From Eledone cirrhosa (Eukaryota): a stretch of 64,000 nt of DNA. Positions 1 to 14,081 of this stretch are shown here, piece after piece; position 1 is the first letter of the stretch, and each line of letters opens with the position of its first letter. The translations under genes and the position numbers were made by a program. The stretch spans positions 133,300,001-133,364,000 of the forward strand of contig OZ024741.1 of assembly GCA_964016885.1 (NCBI GenBank), given 5' to 3'. The notes below the pieces were generated by a model. That model was not told where the DNA came from, did no database searches, and saw only the letters and a program-made list of their open reading frames with translations.

Positions 1-57
1 GCAAAGAATGGCTGCTTTCACCCTTAACAGGATCTTTTGAAACTTTATTATTATTAC

Positions 58-2255
<2,198 letters not shown>

Positions 2256-2409
2256 ATCTCGACAATCGGTATTTTATACAGTACAAATTGTAATAATGTT
2301 ACTTGTGGCTAGTAGGCGACTTGAACTCTTTTAAAGATTGTTTGTTTTTAATGTTGGTTAAATAAAAGTAAAAATAATGCTTTTTGTTATAGTTAGATAA
2401 TTATAATCT

Positions 2410-2810
2410 AATTTATTTCATAAATATATCCTTCATAGTTGCACAAACAACATTACAAATCGTTTGCAATTCCTTCAGAATGAAAATATAAACAGAGCAT
2501 ATAAATAAATTTACAGTAGAATAACATAACAAATATGTTTTAAATATATACATAAATAATATTACAAATGCCTCGGTAACACTACAAAGGATGATACAAT
2601 GAAAGATATATTCCTTCAATGCTACAATATTAAAGAAAATGTAAAGGAAGGGGTGAACAACGGAGCCAACACCAGAGCAAAAGACAGCAATGTCGCGAGT
2701 ACTGGGCAACCTCTCTAATGATTTTTGAGGCAAGCCAGCACACTCGCAGCGTTGCCTCGGGTGATGGCGAGGCTGATGCGCTGAAACAGCCAAGCACCCT
2801 CGCGAGATTC
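2410..2810 (-). mobile_element. CRE-clade non-LTR element, C-terminus and 3' region
   Basis: 2715-2810 (-) translates ESREGAWLFQRISLAITRGNAASVLACLKNH*, the QRISxAxxRGNA end typical of CRE-like ORFs. The left boundary is approximate. Confidence 0.7.
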
Positions 2811-3201
2811 TTATTCTATGCATTTAGAATTAAAAACATTAATGAACTTTGGGGCATGTTTATATATAAATATATATAAATAACGCATCGAAATCGTAGT
2901 GATCGCTAACGGGTAATTTATATATCTAAAACAGAGAATGTCTGTCTGACTCCCTAAAACTCGAGAACCACCCAACCGATTTTTTTCAAACTTTACACAT
3001 GTATGGTCGTGTGAGTGTTTTGAGCAAAAAATATTTCAAAATTTCAATGCCCTAGGGACCGCATTAGGCGCCGTTTAGCGATCTCTCTATAATTTCGTAG
3101 TCTGTCTTTTTAGATAGATGCATAGCTACGACGTCGCGCCCTTATAATATCTGTCTGTATGTCTGTCTGCATTACGACATTGACTTCGCTGTCTGTGTGT
3201 G

Positions 3202-3261
<60 letters not shown>

Positions 3262-3263
<2 letters not shown>

Positions 3264-4550
3264 GGAGGTGAGTTTTTATTGTGGTACAATAAAGCAATGT
3301 ACAAAAAGAACCAACACGGCTCTCTCAGAACTCATATGGTCCTTGAAAGACAAAAATATTAAATATAGCATCTTTTGGAAGAAGGTTTCTTCTGCGTCTT
3401 CAAATTTGAACAGTTCTCTATCCAAAATTTGCAATCTCTGTCTAAATGAAAAATTTACCATTATATCTAATTTAGATTCTATAATAAATAGACGCACTGA
3501 CTTGTTTTCTATCTGCTTGCATAAATTCCATAAAACATTTCACAAAGTATACAGCTAATATTCAATTCTTTATCAATTTAGAATCTTTTTCTCAAAGGCA
3601 CACACATATATATATATATACACTTCTTTTAAAAATATACCCATCTTTCTACCTTATTTCAAAGGTTATTATACATTCTATAATACTTGTTACTCATTCT
3701 ACATCGCTCCTATTTATCACTTCCCTTTCTTCTCTTCTTCTTTTAATGTCTAACCCCTAATCTGTACCTTTTCTCACTCTTGCCTAACATAGAATCAATT
3801 ATTACATAATACAATACATTCTTACTCTATATCACCTTGTAAAAATCCTTCGTAAACATATACATTTTTTTGACGTTAGATTATTCATCCTCAATTCATT
3901 ATTCTTTTCTCCCTTTCATCTAACTCATTCATGCTCATCTCACAATATTTCCTTACTTAAATAACCTATTGTTCCTTTTAATAATACATATCAACATTTT
4001 CTTAACATCGCACATATTATTAAACCCTTAAATATTATTCTCAATACATATTAACATTTTCTTTTTCATCGCACATATTATCAAACCCCTCAATATACAA
4101 ACCTTAACTTTACATTATTTTTCTCTTCGTTAATTTTCAAATTCTTTTAATTTATACATTATCTTCCAACGGTTTTCAACCTCTCTATGTAAAACAATAT
4201 ATCTTTCTCAGTTATAAAAGCTATCTCTCTCTCTCTATCACCCATCTCTCCTCCTATCTCATCCTTCCTCATTATACTCCTCCCTCTCCACTTTTTACTC
4301 TCATCTCCTCCTCTTTTTCATCCTTTCCACCCCCCCTCTAAATAAAATATTTTTCCCAATATCACACATCAATCTAAAACTACTTCTCATATGTTGATTT
4401 AAAACTGAACTATCCACAAGTGTTTTTTAACCTTCATATCATGTCTTCCTGTTTTATCTGATGAAAACACAAATATTATTGCATGATGATATTTGTTTTT
4501 GAAATGCGCATAATAAAATACATGGAACTCTTTTAACCATCTTTTGTTCT

Positions 4551-4560
<10 letters not shown>
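3262..4560 (+). mobile_element. Penelope-like element 3' part (GIY-YIG C-terminus, pyrimidine-rich UTR, HHR), family F1
   Basis: TALSELIWSLK...W...CNLCLNEKFTII...INRRTDLFSICLH resembles the PLE endonuclease C-terminus; ends with an HHR and then (TA)n. Second copy at 44347-45520. Confidence 0.8.
4452..4518 (+). ncRNA. type I hammerhead ribozyme motif (F1), canonical core
   Basis: ttttat-CTGATGA-aaacacaaatat...atatttgttttt-GAAA-tgcgca-TA-ataaaa: stem I pairs, stem II is a hairpin, stem III is palindromic. Confidence 0.85.
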
Positions 4561-4590
<30 letters not shown>

Positions 4591-4643
4591 TGTGTAACGT
4601 TTTTCAAAATATTTACTTCTGCGTTCACAGATTGATTTTTTTT

Positions 4644-4694
4644 AGTTTCAGAAGATCCCGTTAAGGGTGAAAGCAGTAATTCTTCGCTTAAACT
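4644..4694 (+). ncRNA. hammerhead-like motif with CAGAAGA core (F2)
   Basis: agttt-CAGAAGA-t-ccc-gttaa-ggg-t-GAAA-gca-gtaattctt-cgc-TT-aaact. Confidence 0.6.
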
Positions 4695-5369
4695 TTAATC
4701 TGTTGTTTTAATATATATATATAATTATATATTCGTGTACAGATATTTGTGCATACACAATAACAAAATATAGACAAACGTATTTATTTCACGAGGCTCG
4801 ACAGCAGCAAAAACAACAACAAAATAGAAAGAGAAGGCAATTACGCTTTTGAAAAATCTTAATGGAAAATTATTTGCCTATTCACCCAAGGCGACTTCAT
4901 TTTTTATTACGACTTCTGCATCAATTGGTGAACATACGACGAAGCTGTTTCAGAAAGGAGGGATAAACAAGCCAATCTATGTTTAGAATCCCGAGCAACG
5001 CCGGGCCATTCTGCTAGTGGACACTAAAAGGATGTTTCAGTTTGACTGTTTTGCTCCGATTTCCATATATAAATATATATATATATATATATTTATTAAA
5101 ATAACAGATTAAAGTTTAAGCAAAGAATCGCTGCTTTCACCCTTAACGGGGATTTTAGTCTTAAAATTTATTATTATTACTATATATATACACACACACA
5201 TATATATATATCCATCAAATATATATACATATATATATATATATATTGGGTGGTTCAGTAGATTCGTGTTTTACTGAGGAAGTTACAAAAATCACCACTT
5301 TATGCTATGACAGAGTGTATATATTAAGCACAAAACGAATTTTCACATTAAGGTTTTTATTGATTATGC

Positions 5370-5440
5370 ACAGTTACAACCGTTTTCACAGATGGGTGGG
5401 TCAGAATCCGACTCCAGCCCAATCTGCTCATCAGACATGT
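5370..5440 (-). ncRNA. hammerhead motif (F3) in a TA-flanked island 5246-5500
   Basis: Reverse complement: acatgt-CTGATGA-gcagat...atctgt-GAAA-acggttg-TA-actgt; stem III imperfect. Confidence 0.65.
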
Positions 5441-5527
5441 TAATTAAGCAAAACCTAAATCTCATTTGATGGCATCCCGTCCTAAACGATGTACACACAG
5501 AGAAAGACATACTCCCAATCACACACT

Positions 5528-5610
<83 letters not shown>

Positions 5611-6125
5611 GTGGGTTTGGAAAATCAGTAATTTTTCTAGGTTGTCTCCGTTGATTTTAAAAAAAAACAGAATTAGTCGGTTAGTTTACATATTGAGACC
5701 ACAATCCATTTTATTTATTTCATAATGTATGGGATTTCTAGTACTGTAATTTTTTTTGACAAGTATAATGTTTGTTTTTTAATGTATAAAGAAAATCATT
5801 TGTCGCAGGGATGCTACTACTTGAAATAAAATTTCGCCGGAGATAGAGTAGCAAAATTAAAAAAGCAAGGAGAGGGGGGTATTAAGAGTGGGGACTTGGA
5901 AAACATCTGAAACATTAATGAGGGGGGGGGGGGTTATTCGAGACCCGAGAGTAACATCTAAGTTATGATGACTTTGGTCTACCTGCCTACCTACAGAGAT
6001 AGTTGAAATACACAGACAGACAGGTAGATTAGATATAACATTATTTTCCTAAACTAATCTAGTAGAAAATGTTTGCCACTTGACACGTGTTTTCTTACAC
6101 ACACACACACCAACATATATATATA

Positions 6126-6675
6126 TGTCACTGACTGAGGCGTCCCAGATGAGACACCTACCGGGGATAAAGGGTAAGGCCGTCTGGTCTCTTCCCATCA
6201 CTTCTGAATAATCCAGTCGTCCCCAGAACTGAGGGGGATATTTACCCGAGCCAGGGTCCGTTTGATGATCAGGTTTAGCTCGATGCGGCGGGCGAAACGA
6301 CCTGCACTCAGACCGCAGGCCAAACCACGTAGGCCTGTGGACTTACCACAGCAACATCTCAGACCCCACAGACATTGGCTCCCACTCCAAGTGCAATAGA
6401 AATGCGGAGCTCGTCCTGACTGAGAAGACCACTAATGTTGGCCATAAGCAGGGTATCAATCCAGTCCACTGAGAACTTTGTGTTTGCAGGAAATAAGCGG
6501 CATCTAGAAAATTGATCGGAATGATTAAAGAGAGAGAGAGTTAAGAGTTTTCCTTTGAACGCAGATTGTCCCATACTCTCTGCTTCCGTCTATCCTCATC
6601 AGTAACAGGAACTGACAAAGCCAGCTCTCTCCTCAGTAGTAAATCTTCATCCACTCCCTGGCGGTCCAAGTTGGT
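6126..6675 (-). mobile_element. CRE-clade non-LTR element fragment (Zn-knuckle and restriction-like endonuclease region), decayed
   Basis: Across frameshifts reads KQRVWD..LRISIALGVGANVC..RCCCG..GLACGLSAGRF..LNLIIKRTL..NIP..SDGKRPDGLTLYP..LIWDASVSD. Confidence 0.8.
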
Positions 6676-6869
6676 GTGTGTATGCATATGTGTGGCATTC
6701 GAATTGAGAGCGAGAGATTGTGATCAGTGTTCTGAATATAAAGATTAAAACGTTGATGAGGGTGAGGAAGAATGAATAATATTACATAGAATTTAGGGTA
6801 TGTAGACATAGAAAAGCAAAAGAGGTGAATAATTAGGAGGGAGCAAGAGGAAAGTGATGGGGGGGGGGG

Positions 6870-7217
6870 CAGCAATGACGGTTGGTATGTGAAATAGACT
6901 GTATCATTAATCTAGTGAAGAAATAAAACGTCTTTTTAATGTTTTTTTTTTAATATAACGAAGAGTGAAAGCTCGAGGAGAGCGTCTCTGTCTCTCTCTA
7001 TACACATATATATTAATAATAAGTCAACGGGACTAGCATGGGTTTCACTGTTAGTTCCGATTGCATCTCAGTGTACTCAATAGGTAATATTAATTAAAGT
7101 CAGCAATGACGGTTGGTATGTGAAATAGACTGTATCATTAATCTAGTGAAGAATAAGACGTCTTTTTAATGTTTTTTTAAAATATAACGGAGAGTGAAAG
7201 CTTGAGGAGAGCGTCTC
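6870..7217. repeat. ~118-bp direct repeat (6870-6988 and 7101-7217)
   Basis: cagcaatgacggttggtatgtgaaatagactg...gaggagagcgtctc occurs twice, separated by a TA-flanked island. Confidence 0.9.
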
Positions 7218-7372
7218 ACAGAGTAGACACATTTGCTTCAATACAACGCACGTAAATGGGTACCTTCAATCATACCCGTACTCGAGTTTCAGCCATACTA
7301 AATACAGCAATAGAGTGCACACCATCTACTATCTGCATTTATTATGCAACAATGCACAATTGGCGCATGTGG

Positions 7373-7461
<89 letters not shown>

Positions 7462-7523
7462 GGGTGGGGATAAAAAGAGATTAACACAGATAAGCGATAC
7501 AGTGGGATTTATTTGTAGCATTT

Positions 7524-7651
7524 ACTTACGTTTCATTGCCTTCTGTGAGTTTTCCTGTCTTGAAAACGCTATTCTCAATTATCAATCGGGAAAAATCGAA
7601 TTCAAATACTGAGGGATATTTGTTACTACGTCCACGGCAAATTTTCAGAGT
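7524..7651 (-). ncRNA. hammerhead-like motif with long stem II, G8A core change (F4)
   Basis: Reverse complement: act-CTGAAAA-tttgcc-(~95 nt)-ggcaat-GAAA-cg-TA-agt. Confidence 0.55.
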
Positions 7652-7853
7652 GGCGATCTCCTTCAATACAGACCTTATAAAATCGAAGGAGGAGAGTATA
7701 GGTTTTAAAAAAAGCATAAGATTATAAATAAACATACAAATTCACAATGATTTTACATATATATATATATGCTGATACAGTCCTCGTTATAGGTTACTCT
7801 AACTCTGAACTAGAGAAACCGAAAACGATATCTCAGCAGAAGCAAGGGGGATA

Positions 7854-7897
7854 ATTGACTATGCATTTCGAACTTAAATGGTACTCATCAGGACAAT
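7854..7897 (-). ncRNA. minimal hammerhead motif (F5), slightly decayed
   Basis: Reverse complement: attgtc-CTGATGA-gtaccatttaagttc-GAAA-tgca-TA-gtcaat. Confidence 0.6.
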
Positions 7898-8015
7898 GCT
7901 TCCCTCTTCCTACTGCTGGACTTTGAGACAGGCAAAAATATATAGGTTTTTTCCGCCTGTGTAAAATGGTGATACGAAATTTACATACATATTTGTATAC
8001 AGCTATGCCGAAGCT

Positions 8016-8079
<64 letters not shown>

Positions 8080-8082
<3 letters not shown>

Positions 8083-8562
8083 AAAAATTGAACAGGGACA
8101 GAACAGAGAGGCAGTACGACAAATGTTTATTAGATTCACGCTCAGGAGAGTGGGGGATAGGTGGAGGACGACGTTTCGGGCATAAGCCCTTCTTCAGGTA
8201 AGAGTTCAAAAGGTGTGTAGGGGAGTGGTGGAGAGACATATAGCGAAAGGAAACGGTGCGAATGAAAAATTAACAAATAAAGACAAAAATATAATAAATA
8301 ATAAATAAAAATAAAGCATGATCAAAATACAAGGAATGAGAACATTTAAAAATAAAGGCATGATCAAAATAAACTGAAATTAAAAGGGGGGTAAACAGGT
8401 GGTGGAAGGGTGTGGGGTGAGTAGAGGTGGAGGCGGGTGGAGTGGGGAGAGGGAGACGGGGTGTCCGAGCGGGGAGGGCTGAAGGTGGTGTGTGTGGTTA
8501 GGTGTGCGCGTGTGTGTGTGTGTGTGTATGTGAAAGTGAGGGTTGGGGGAAGAACGGGGTTG
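8080..8562 (-). mobile_element. PLE family F6 3' end (copy of ~26270-26700) with minimal HHR at 8168-8199
   Basis: Reverse complement aligns with the 3' end of the PLE at 24830-26700; core CTGAAGA-a-gggc-ttat-gccc-GAAA-cg-TC. Confidence 0.85.
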
Positions 8563-8575
8563 CATATATATATAT

Positions 8576-8626
<51 letters not shown>

Positions 8627-8646
8627 ATGAGAGACACGCTCTGTGC

Positions 8647-9955
8647 AGGTGTATTTCTGCATCCAGTAAAACATCCCTTGACAATGCACTGCCCAGGTAA
8701 ACAAAACTGTCAACTACACCCAATGTAGTTCCATGCACCGTTATATTTGGCTCAATATATGGTTCCCCTGGTGATGGGCTGAACATTGTCTTAGTCTTTT
8801 TCAGATTCATTTTCATACCAAAGGCATTGCAAGAAGCTGCAAAGCAATCCATGATATGTTGCATGTCATCTTGAGAGTGAACCATAAAGTCAACATCGTC
8901 TGCATACAGGAGTTCTCTAATTAATATTTAGAATACCTTGGATTTGAAATTGAACTTTCTTAAGTCAAAGATTCTTCCTGTAGTTCTAACTTGCAATAGA
9001 ACACCTTTGCACAGTCCTGGAATGCATGAGTCAGCATCACAGCAAAAAAATATTGAAAACAGTGTGGGAGCCGGGATATCTGCTTGCTTCACGCCATAAT
9101 CAACTGGGATTTTATTGGACAATTCTCCATTCAAGGCAGCCCGAACCTTTATATTTCTATGCAGTTCACCTCTGTTCCCCATATCAAAGGCCTTTGTCAG
9201 ATCAACAAAAACCTGATACAACAGAACCTGCTGCTCAATACATTTCTCCTTCAATTGCCTTACAGAGAAGATCATATTAATCGTCCCTCTGCCTGATCGA
9301 AATCCACTTTGTGATTCAGGGATTACTGTAGGACAAATGTCCTCCTTCAACCTTTTCAACAATAATCTAGCAAGAACATTGCCCTCAGATTCCAACAGAG
9401 TAATGCCACGGTAGTGATCGTAAATTCCTTTATCTCCTTTAAACAAGGTCAACAAAATGCCATCTATCTTGTGGTATAGGAGCACCAGCCCAGCACTCTG
9501 TGATGAGATGGAGTATTGTTTGTGTTATGTTCTTATTACCAACCTTTAACACTTCGGGGGGGGGGGGGGGATCTGATCCAGGTGCCTTACCTGTGTTTAA
9601 ATGGTTGATGGCCATTTTAACATCATTATAATCTGGTAATCGATCCATTTTAAAATGTACAATACATTGGGGGATACCATCTATTACATCATGATAAACT
9701 GATGATGAATTATTAAATAAACCAGTGAAATGTTCTTGCCAATGCTTAAGGATTTTCTCTGATTTCTTGATGATGGCAGTGTCATCTTTTGACTTTATGG
9801 CAAGCTTAGACGAAGTTGTTGCACCATATACTGCACAGAAAAGACTATAAAACAGTTTTGAATCCTTTGCATTATAAGCAATTTGAATATCTTCAGAGAT
9901 CTTCAACCACCATTTATTTTTAAGCCTTCACAGCTCGCGTTGTAAGGTGGCTTTA
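8647..9955 (-). mobile_element. RTE (BovB-like) LINE reverse transcriptase fragment, frameshifted
   Basis: Motifs KAPGSD, YRGITLL, PESQSGFR, FVDLTKAFD, GVKQ..APTLF, ELLYADD and FVYLGS split over several frames. Confidence 0.9.
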
Positions 9956-9964
9956 TATTTGTTG

Positions 9965-10047
<83 letters not shown>

Positions 10048-10087
10048 ATATATGTGTGTGTGTGTGTGTGTGTAAATATATATTTAA

Positions 10088-10302
10088 ATGTAATTGTTTT
10101 CACCGCTCCAAATAATGACGTATTATTTTCGTTTTTTTTTCGTTCTTTCCATGAATCAAGTATCATCTTCCTGTCTTCCTTCGGTTGCAACGTTTTTCGA
10201 AATATTTACTTCTGCATTCACAGATTGATTTTTTTAGTTTCAGAAGATCCCGTTAAGGGTGAAAGCAGCGATTTTGCTTAAATTTTAATCTGTTATTTTA
10301 AT
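10088..10302 (+). mobile_element. F2 island with CAGAAGA hammerhead-like motif (10236-10284)
   Basis: Matches 27730-27960 (-); agttt-CAGAAGA-tccc-gttaa-gggt-GAAA-gca-gcgattt-tgc-TT-aaatt. Confidence 0.75.
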
Positions 10303-10338
10303 ATATATATATATATATATAAACCACCTCTATTCTTT

Positions 10339-10401
<63 letters not shown>

Positions 10402-10419
10402 ACAAGTGTATGCTCTCTA

Positions 10420-12085
10420 GCATTTTTTAGATTTACACCCTACCCCTTGCCCCAGCACTACCACTCTTCTCCGTCTGGCTGAGCTTGTTCTCACCCGTAA
10501 TGGATTTTCTTTTTCGGGTGAATTTTACCAGCAGATCTCTGGGATAGTGATGGGGACCAGAATGGGTCCAAACTATGCCAACTTGTTTGTTGGCTACGTC
10601 GAAGCCCAGATCTTCTCCCAGTACGCTGGACCGACTCCTGAGCTATACAGTCGTTATATCGACGACTGTATCGGCGCCACTTCTCTATCACGAGAACAGC
10701 TCGACTGTTTTCTTTCTTTTGTCCAATCTTTCCATCCTGCTCTCAATTTCACCACCTCTGTCTCCGATTCTTCTGTTGCTTTTCTAGATATCTCTCTATC
10801 TATTAATCACTCTCACCACACCCCCTCTACTTCCATCTACATTAAACCAACAGACTCCCAATCTTATCTCGACTTCACCTCCTCCCATCCAACCCATACC
10901 AAACACTCCATAACTTATTCCCAATTCCTCCGTCTTCGTCGACTCTGTAGCCAGGACGACGATTTCGAAACCCATTCCCTTCGCATGGCTTCCTGCTTCA
11001 TCCAGCGTGGATATCCCTCCACCTTGATCCAAGCTGCTCTCACCCACAGTCCTCTCACCTCACCCCCGCCCTCCCAACATCCATGTTCCTTTCCCTCTGA
11101 CCTACAACCCCATGACGCTACCACTCCGGCGACATATTCTCCGTTCCTTCCGTATCCTCTCTTCTGACCCCGTCACTTCTCCCCCCCCCCATTACTGCTT
11201 TTAAGCGCGCCCGAAACCTCTGCGATCTCCTGGTTCGCAGTTCTTTTTCGTCCTCTCCCACGACTCCACCCGGCTCTCATCCTTGTTCCCGTTCCCGCTG
11301 CAACACTTGTCCCTTTATTTCCACCCTCACCACTCTTACGGGCCCTAACGGGTCTTTCCGTATCCGCCATTCCTTCACCTGCACATCCACCCACGTTGTC
11401 TATGCCCTCCGGTGTTCCCTTTGCGGGTCTTTATACATCGGACAAACGGGACGCCGTATGGTGGACCGTTTTGCCGAACATTTGAGGGACATACGACTCG
11501 GTTTGGATACTCCTGTCGCCCGTCATTTCTGTTCTGGTTATTCTTCCCTACATGTTTCAGTCCTGGGTGTCCTTTTACATCATGGATCACAGGCCTCGCG
11601 CACCAGGACTGAACAAAGTCTGATTCACCGTCTTGGGTCCTATTCCCTTCTTGGACTCAACTCACCTCCCCAATTTCTCTAATAGCCCGTCCATTATCAC
11701 ACCCCTTGATTCCTATCGCTTTCTCTTGATCATTAGCAGCTTCTCTTACTACTAATACATGCCGATACACACTCTTATATTAACATACTTTTACTCATAG
11801 CTTCGTACTTACATGTACACACTCTTTTACTCACATATACACACACATTTCTTCTTAGTTTTGCAAGAGATGTCAACATGAATGGATCTGTTATTTTAAT
11901 CTAAAGACATTTTTTCCAATTCCAACCTGCCCGTCCCCTCAATCTATTTTATTTCTCATTCTCTCTTCTAATGAAGGACTAGCGTCCGAAACGTTAAGAC
12001 CCTCTTCCTGCTATATCAAGCGTTAACCTAATATATACCTTCCATATACTGTACCGATTGTGTTGTTATTTCTGTTTACCTTTTA
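10420..12085 (+). mobile_element. Penelope-like element (RT, GIY-YIG endonuclease, 3' HHR), 5'-truncated and decayed, family F7
   Basis: MGTRMGPNYANLFVGYVE, RYIDD, FLDI, KPTD..YL; CSRSRCNTC; VVYALRCSLCGSLYIGQTGRRMVDRFAEH; LGLN. Mutated HHR at 11964-11999 (CTAATGA-a-ggac-tagc-gtcc-GAAA-cg-TT). Confidence 0.92.
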
Positions 12086-12090
12086 CATAC

Positions 12091-12130
<40 letters not shown>

Positions 12131-12137
12131 GTGTGTG

Positions 12138-12365
12138 TCATCATTATCATCATCATCATCACCGTTTTACGTCCGTTCTTCCACACTAGCATGGGTTAGA
12201 CGGGTTGTCCTGTTGTGGGCAGTGTCTGGTCGGCTGACCATGCCTTGCTCATACAGGAACTGATTTGGCTTGATTTCTACAGCTGGATGCCCTTCCTAAC
12301 ACCAACCTCATTTACAGTGAGTGCTGGGTGCTTTTTCGTGGCGCCTACACGTCCACTTTACAGTG
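12138..12365 (-). mobile_element. RTE family B 3' UTR fragment
   Basis: Near-identical to 16570-16800. Confidence 0.85.
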
Positions 12366-12989
12366 TTGTGTGTGTGTAAATATATATATATGTAAATATA
12401 TTTAAAGGTTAAACAAGGTTCGATGAATAAATCAAAGAATTAGTTTTACAATAGAGTGGAAGCACACAATTGGAATAGTTTTCCTGAGTTATTATATATA
12501 TATATATATATATATGTAGCCGTCGAAATGGCTTGAGCTCTGTCGTCGGGGTCTTGACCATTTTCCTATATATATAAATATATATATATCATCATCATCA
12601 TGTCTCTGCACATAAATATATACATGTATACATGTACGTGTATACACGTATATTCATATATACATATATACACATGTATATACATCTTTACACATTTTTC
12701 GACGGCCATTGACACTCATGAGTTCTTCCATCCTTTGTCAGGTTTCGTTTTTTTGTCCTGCAGGGTTTCCAAAATCACCCTCCTCACCAAGTAAACTTGG
12801 TGGGGTTGCCAGTTTAGTCACCGAAAACCCGAGCATGCGACAGGTTGTACTGAGTTGTACTGAGTTACATGTTACCAGTAGCACTTAAGAATGACCCGAT
12901 ATATATATATATATATGTATATATATACATATATATATACATACATACATATATACAATATATACATACATATATATATGTATATATAT

Positions 12990-13470
12990 ATGGCACCTCT
13001 TACCAAAATACACCCCCGTCCCACTACCCCCTCTTCCACCCCCCCTTTCGATGTAAAGTTATGTTGGTACCACAACATCCAGTCCTAAATAAATTAGGTC
13101 ATGTAGGTGTCACAACAAAAAACACACAGTCCACGCTGTTAATGTGGCCGTGTAGGTAACACGGTAAAAACCTCTCAGTCCACACTGTAAACCTGGTTGG
13201 TGTTAGGAAGGGCATCCAGCTGTAGAAAACCCGCCAGACAGTCCTATACGAGCAAGACAACCAATCTTGCCTCAAGTGGGAAAATTCCCGTCCAAACCCA
13301 TGCTAGCGTGGAAGATGGACGTTAAACGATGATGATGATGATGATGATATATATATATGCATGTATACATACATACATACAGACATCATCATCAGGTTTA
13401 GCGTCCGTGTTCCACGCTTGCATGGGTTTGGACGGGGGTTTTCCCACTTGAGGCAAGAGTTGGTTGTCTT
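12990..13470. mobile_element. RTE family A 3' UTR fragments (12990-13347 +, 13384-13470 -), tail to tail
   Basis: Both match the RTE-A 3' UTR ending in (gat)n. Confidence 0.85.
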
Positions 13471-13735
13471 ACCGAGTGATGTGTTGTTTCCTTGAGCAAG
13501 ACACTTTATTTCACATTGCTCCAGTTTACTCAGCTGTAGAAATGAGATGATAGGGACTGGGGTCCCTATCATTCCACTGCAAAGTGGTCGTGTAGGTGCC
13601 ACGGCAAAAAAGCACCCAGCACTCACTGTAAATGAGGTTGGTGTTAGGAAGAGCATCTAGCCATAGAAATCAAGCCAGAATCAGTTCCCGTCCCACCCTT
13701 GCAAGTAGGGAAAAGCGGATGTAAAATGATGATGA

Positions 13736-13740
<5 letters not shown>
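13471..13740 (+). mobile_element. 5'-truncated CORE-type SINE
   Basis: Matches 33236-33513. Confidence 0.85.
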
Positions 13741-13769
<29 letters not shown>

Positions 13770-13771
<2 letters not shown>

Positions 13772-14034
13772 AGCGAACCTCAACCATTAAGGTTGTCTTT
13801 ATGCGGGTATGTCAATATTTATAAAACAAATTTGTATTTTATCTGATGAAAGCGCACCAAAATTTGCCTTGGTTGCCCTTGAAATATATATAATAAAATA
13901 ATTATGGTTTTATAAATATAGTTTCCATTTATTAATATATTGAATATTTACTCCACTAATCTGTTGAGTGCTTTATATCAGTTATAAAAATTTTTAAGCT
14001 TGTTGAATCCCAACAAATTAAATATAACCTCTGC

Positions 14035-14035
<1 letters not shown>
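13770..14035 (+). mobile_element. PLE-type 3' island, family F8, with canonical HHR at 13835-13900
   Basis: tattttat-CTGATGA-aagcgcaccaa...ttggttgccctt-GAAA-tatata-TA-ataaaata; TA-flanked. Confidence 0.85.
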
Positions 14036-14078
<43 letters not shown>

Positions 14079-14081
14079 ATG

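Larger units (their letters stand above)
2917..5017 (+). mobile_element. non-autonomous Helitron-like element, interrupted by TA arrays and PLE inserts
   Basis: 5' part has gtctgtctg and ctcgagaac...ccgatt...caaa; 3' end is the hairpin cccgagcaacgccggg then ctgCTAG|t (4990-5018). Linking the two ends into one element is inferred. Confidence 0.6.
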
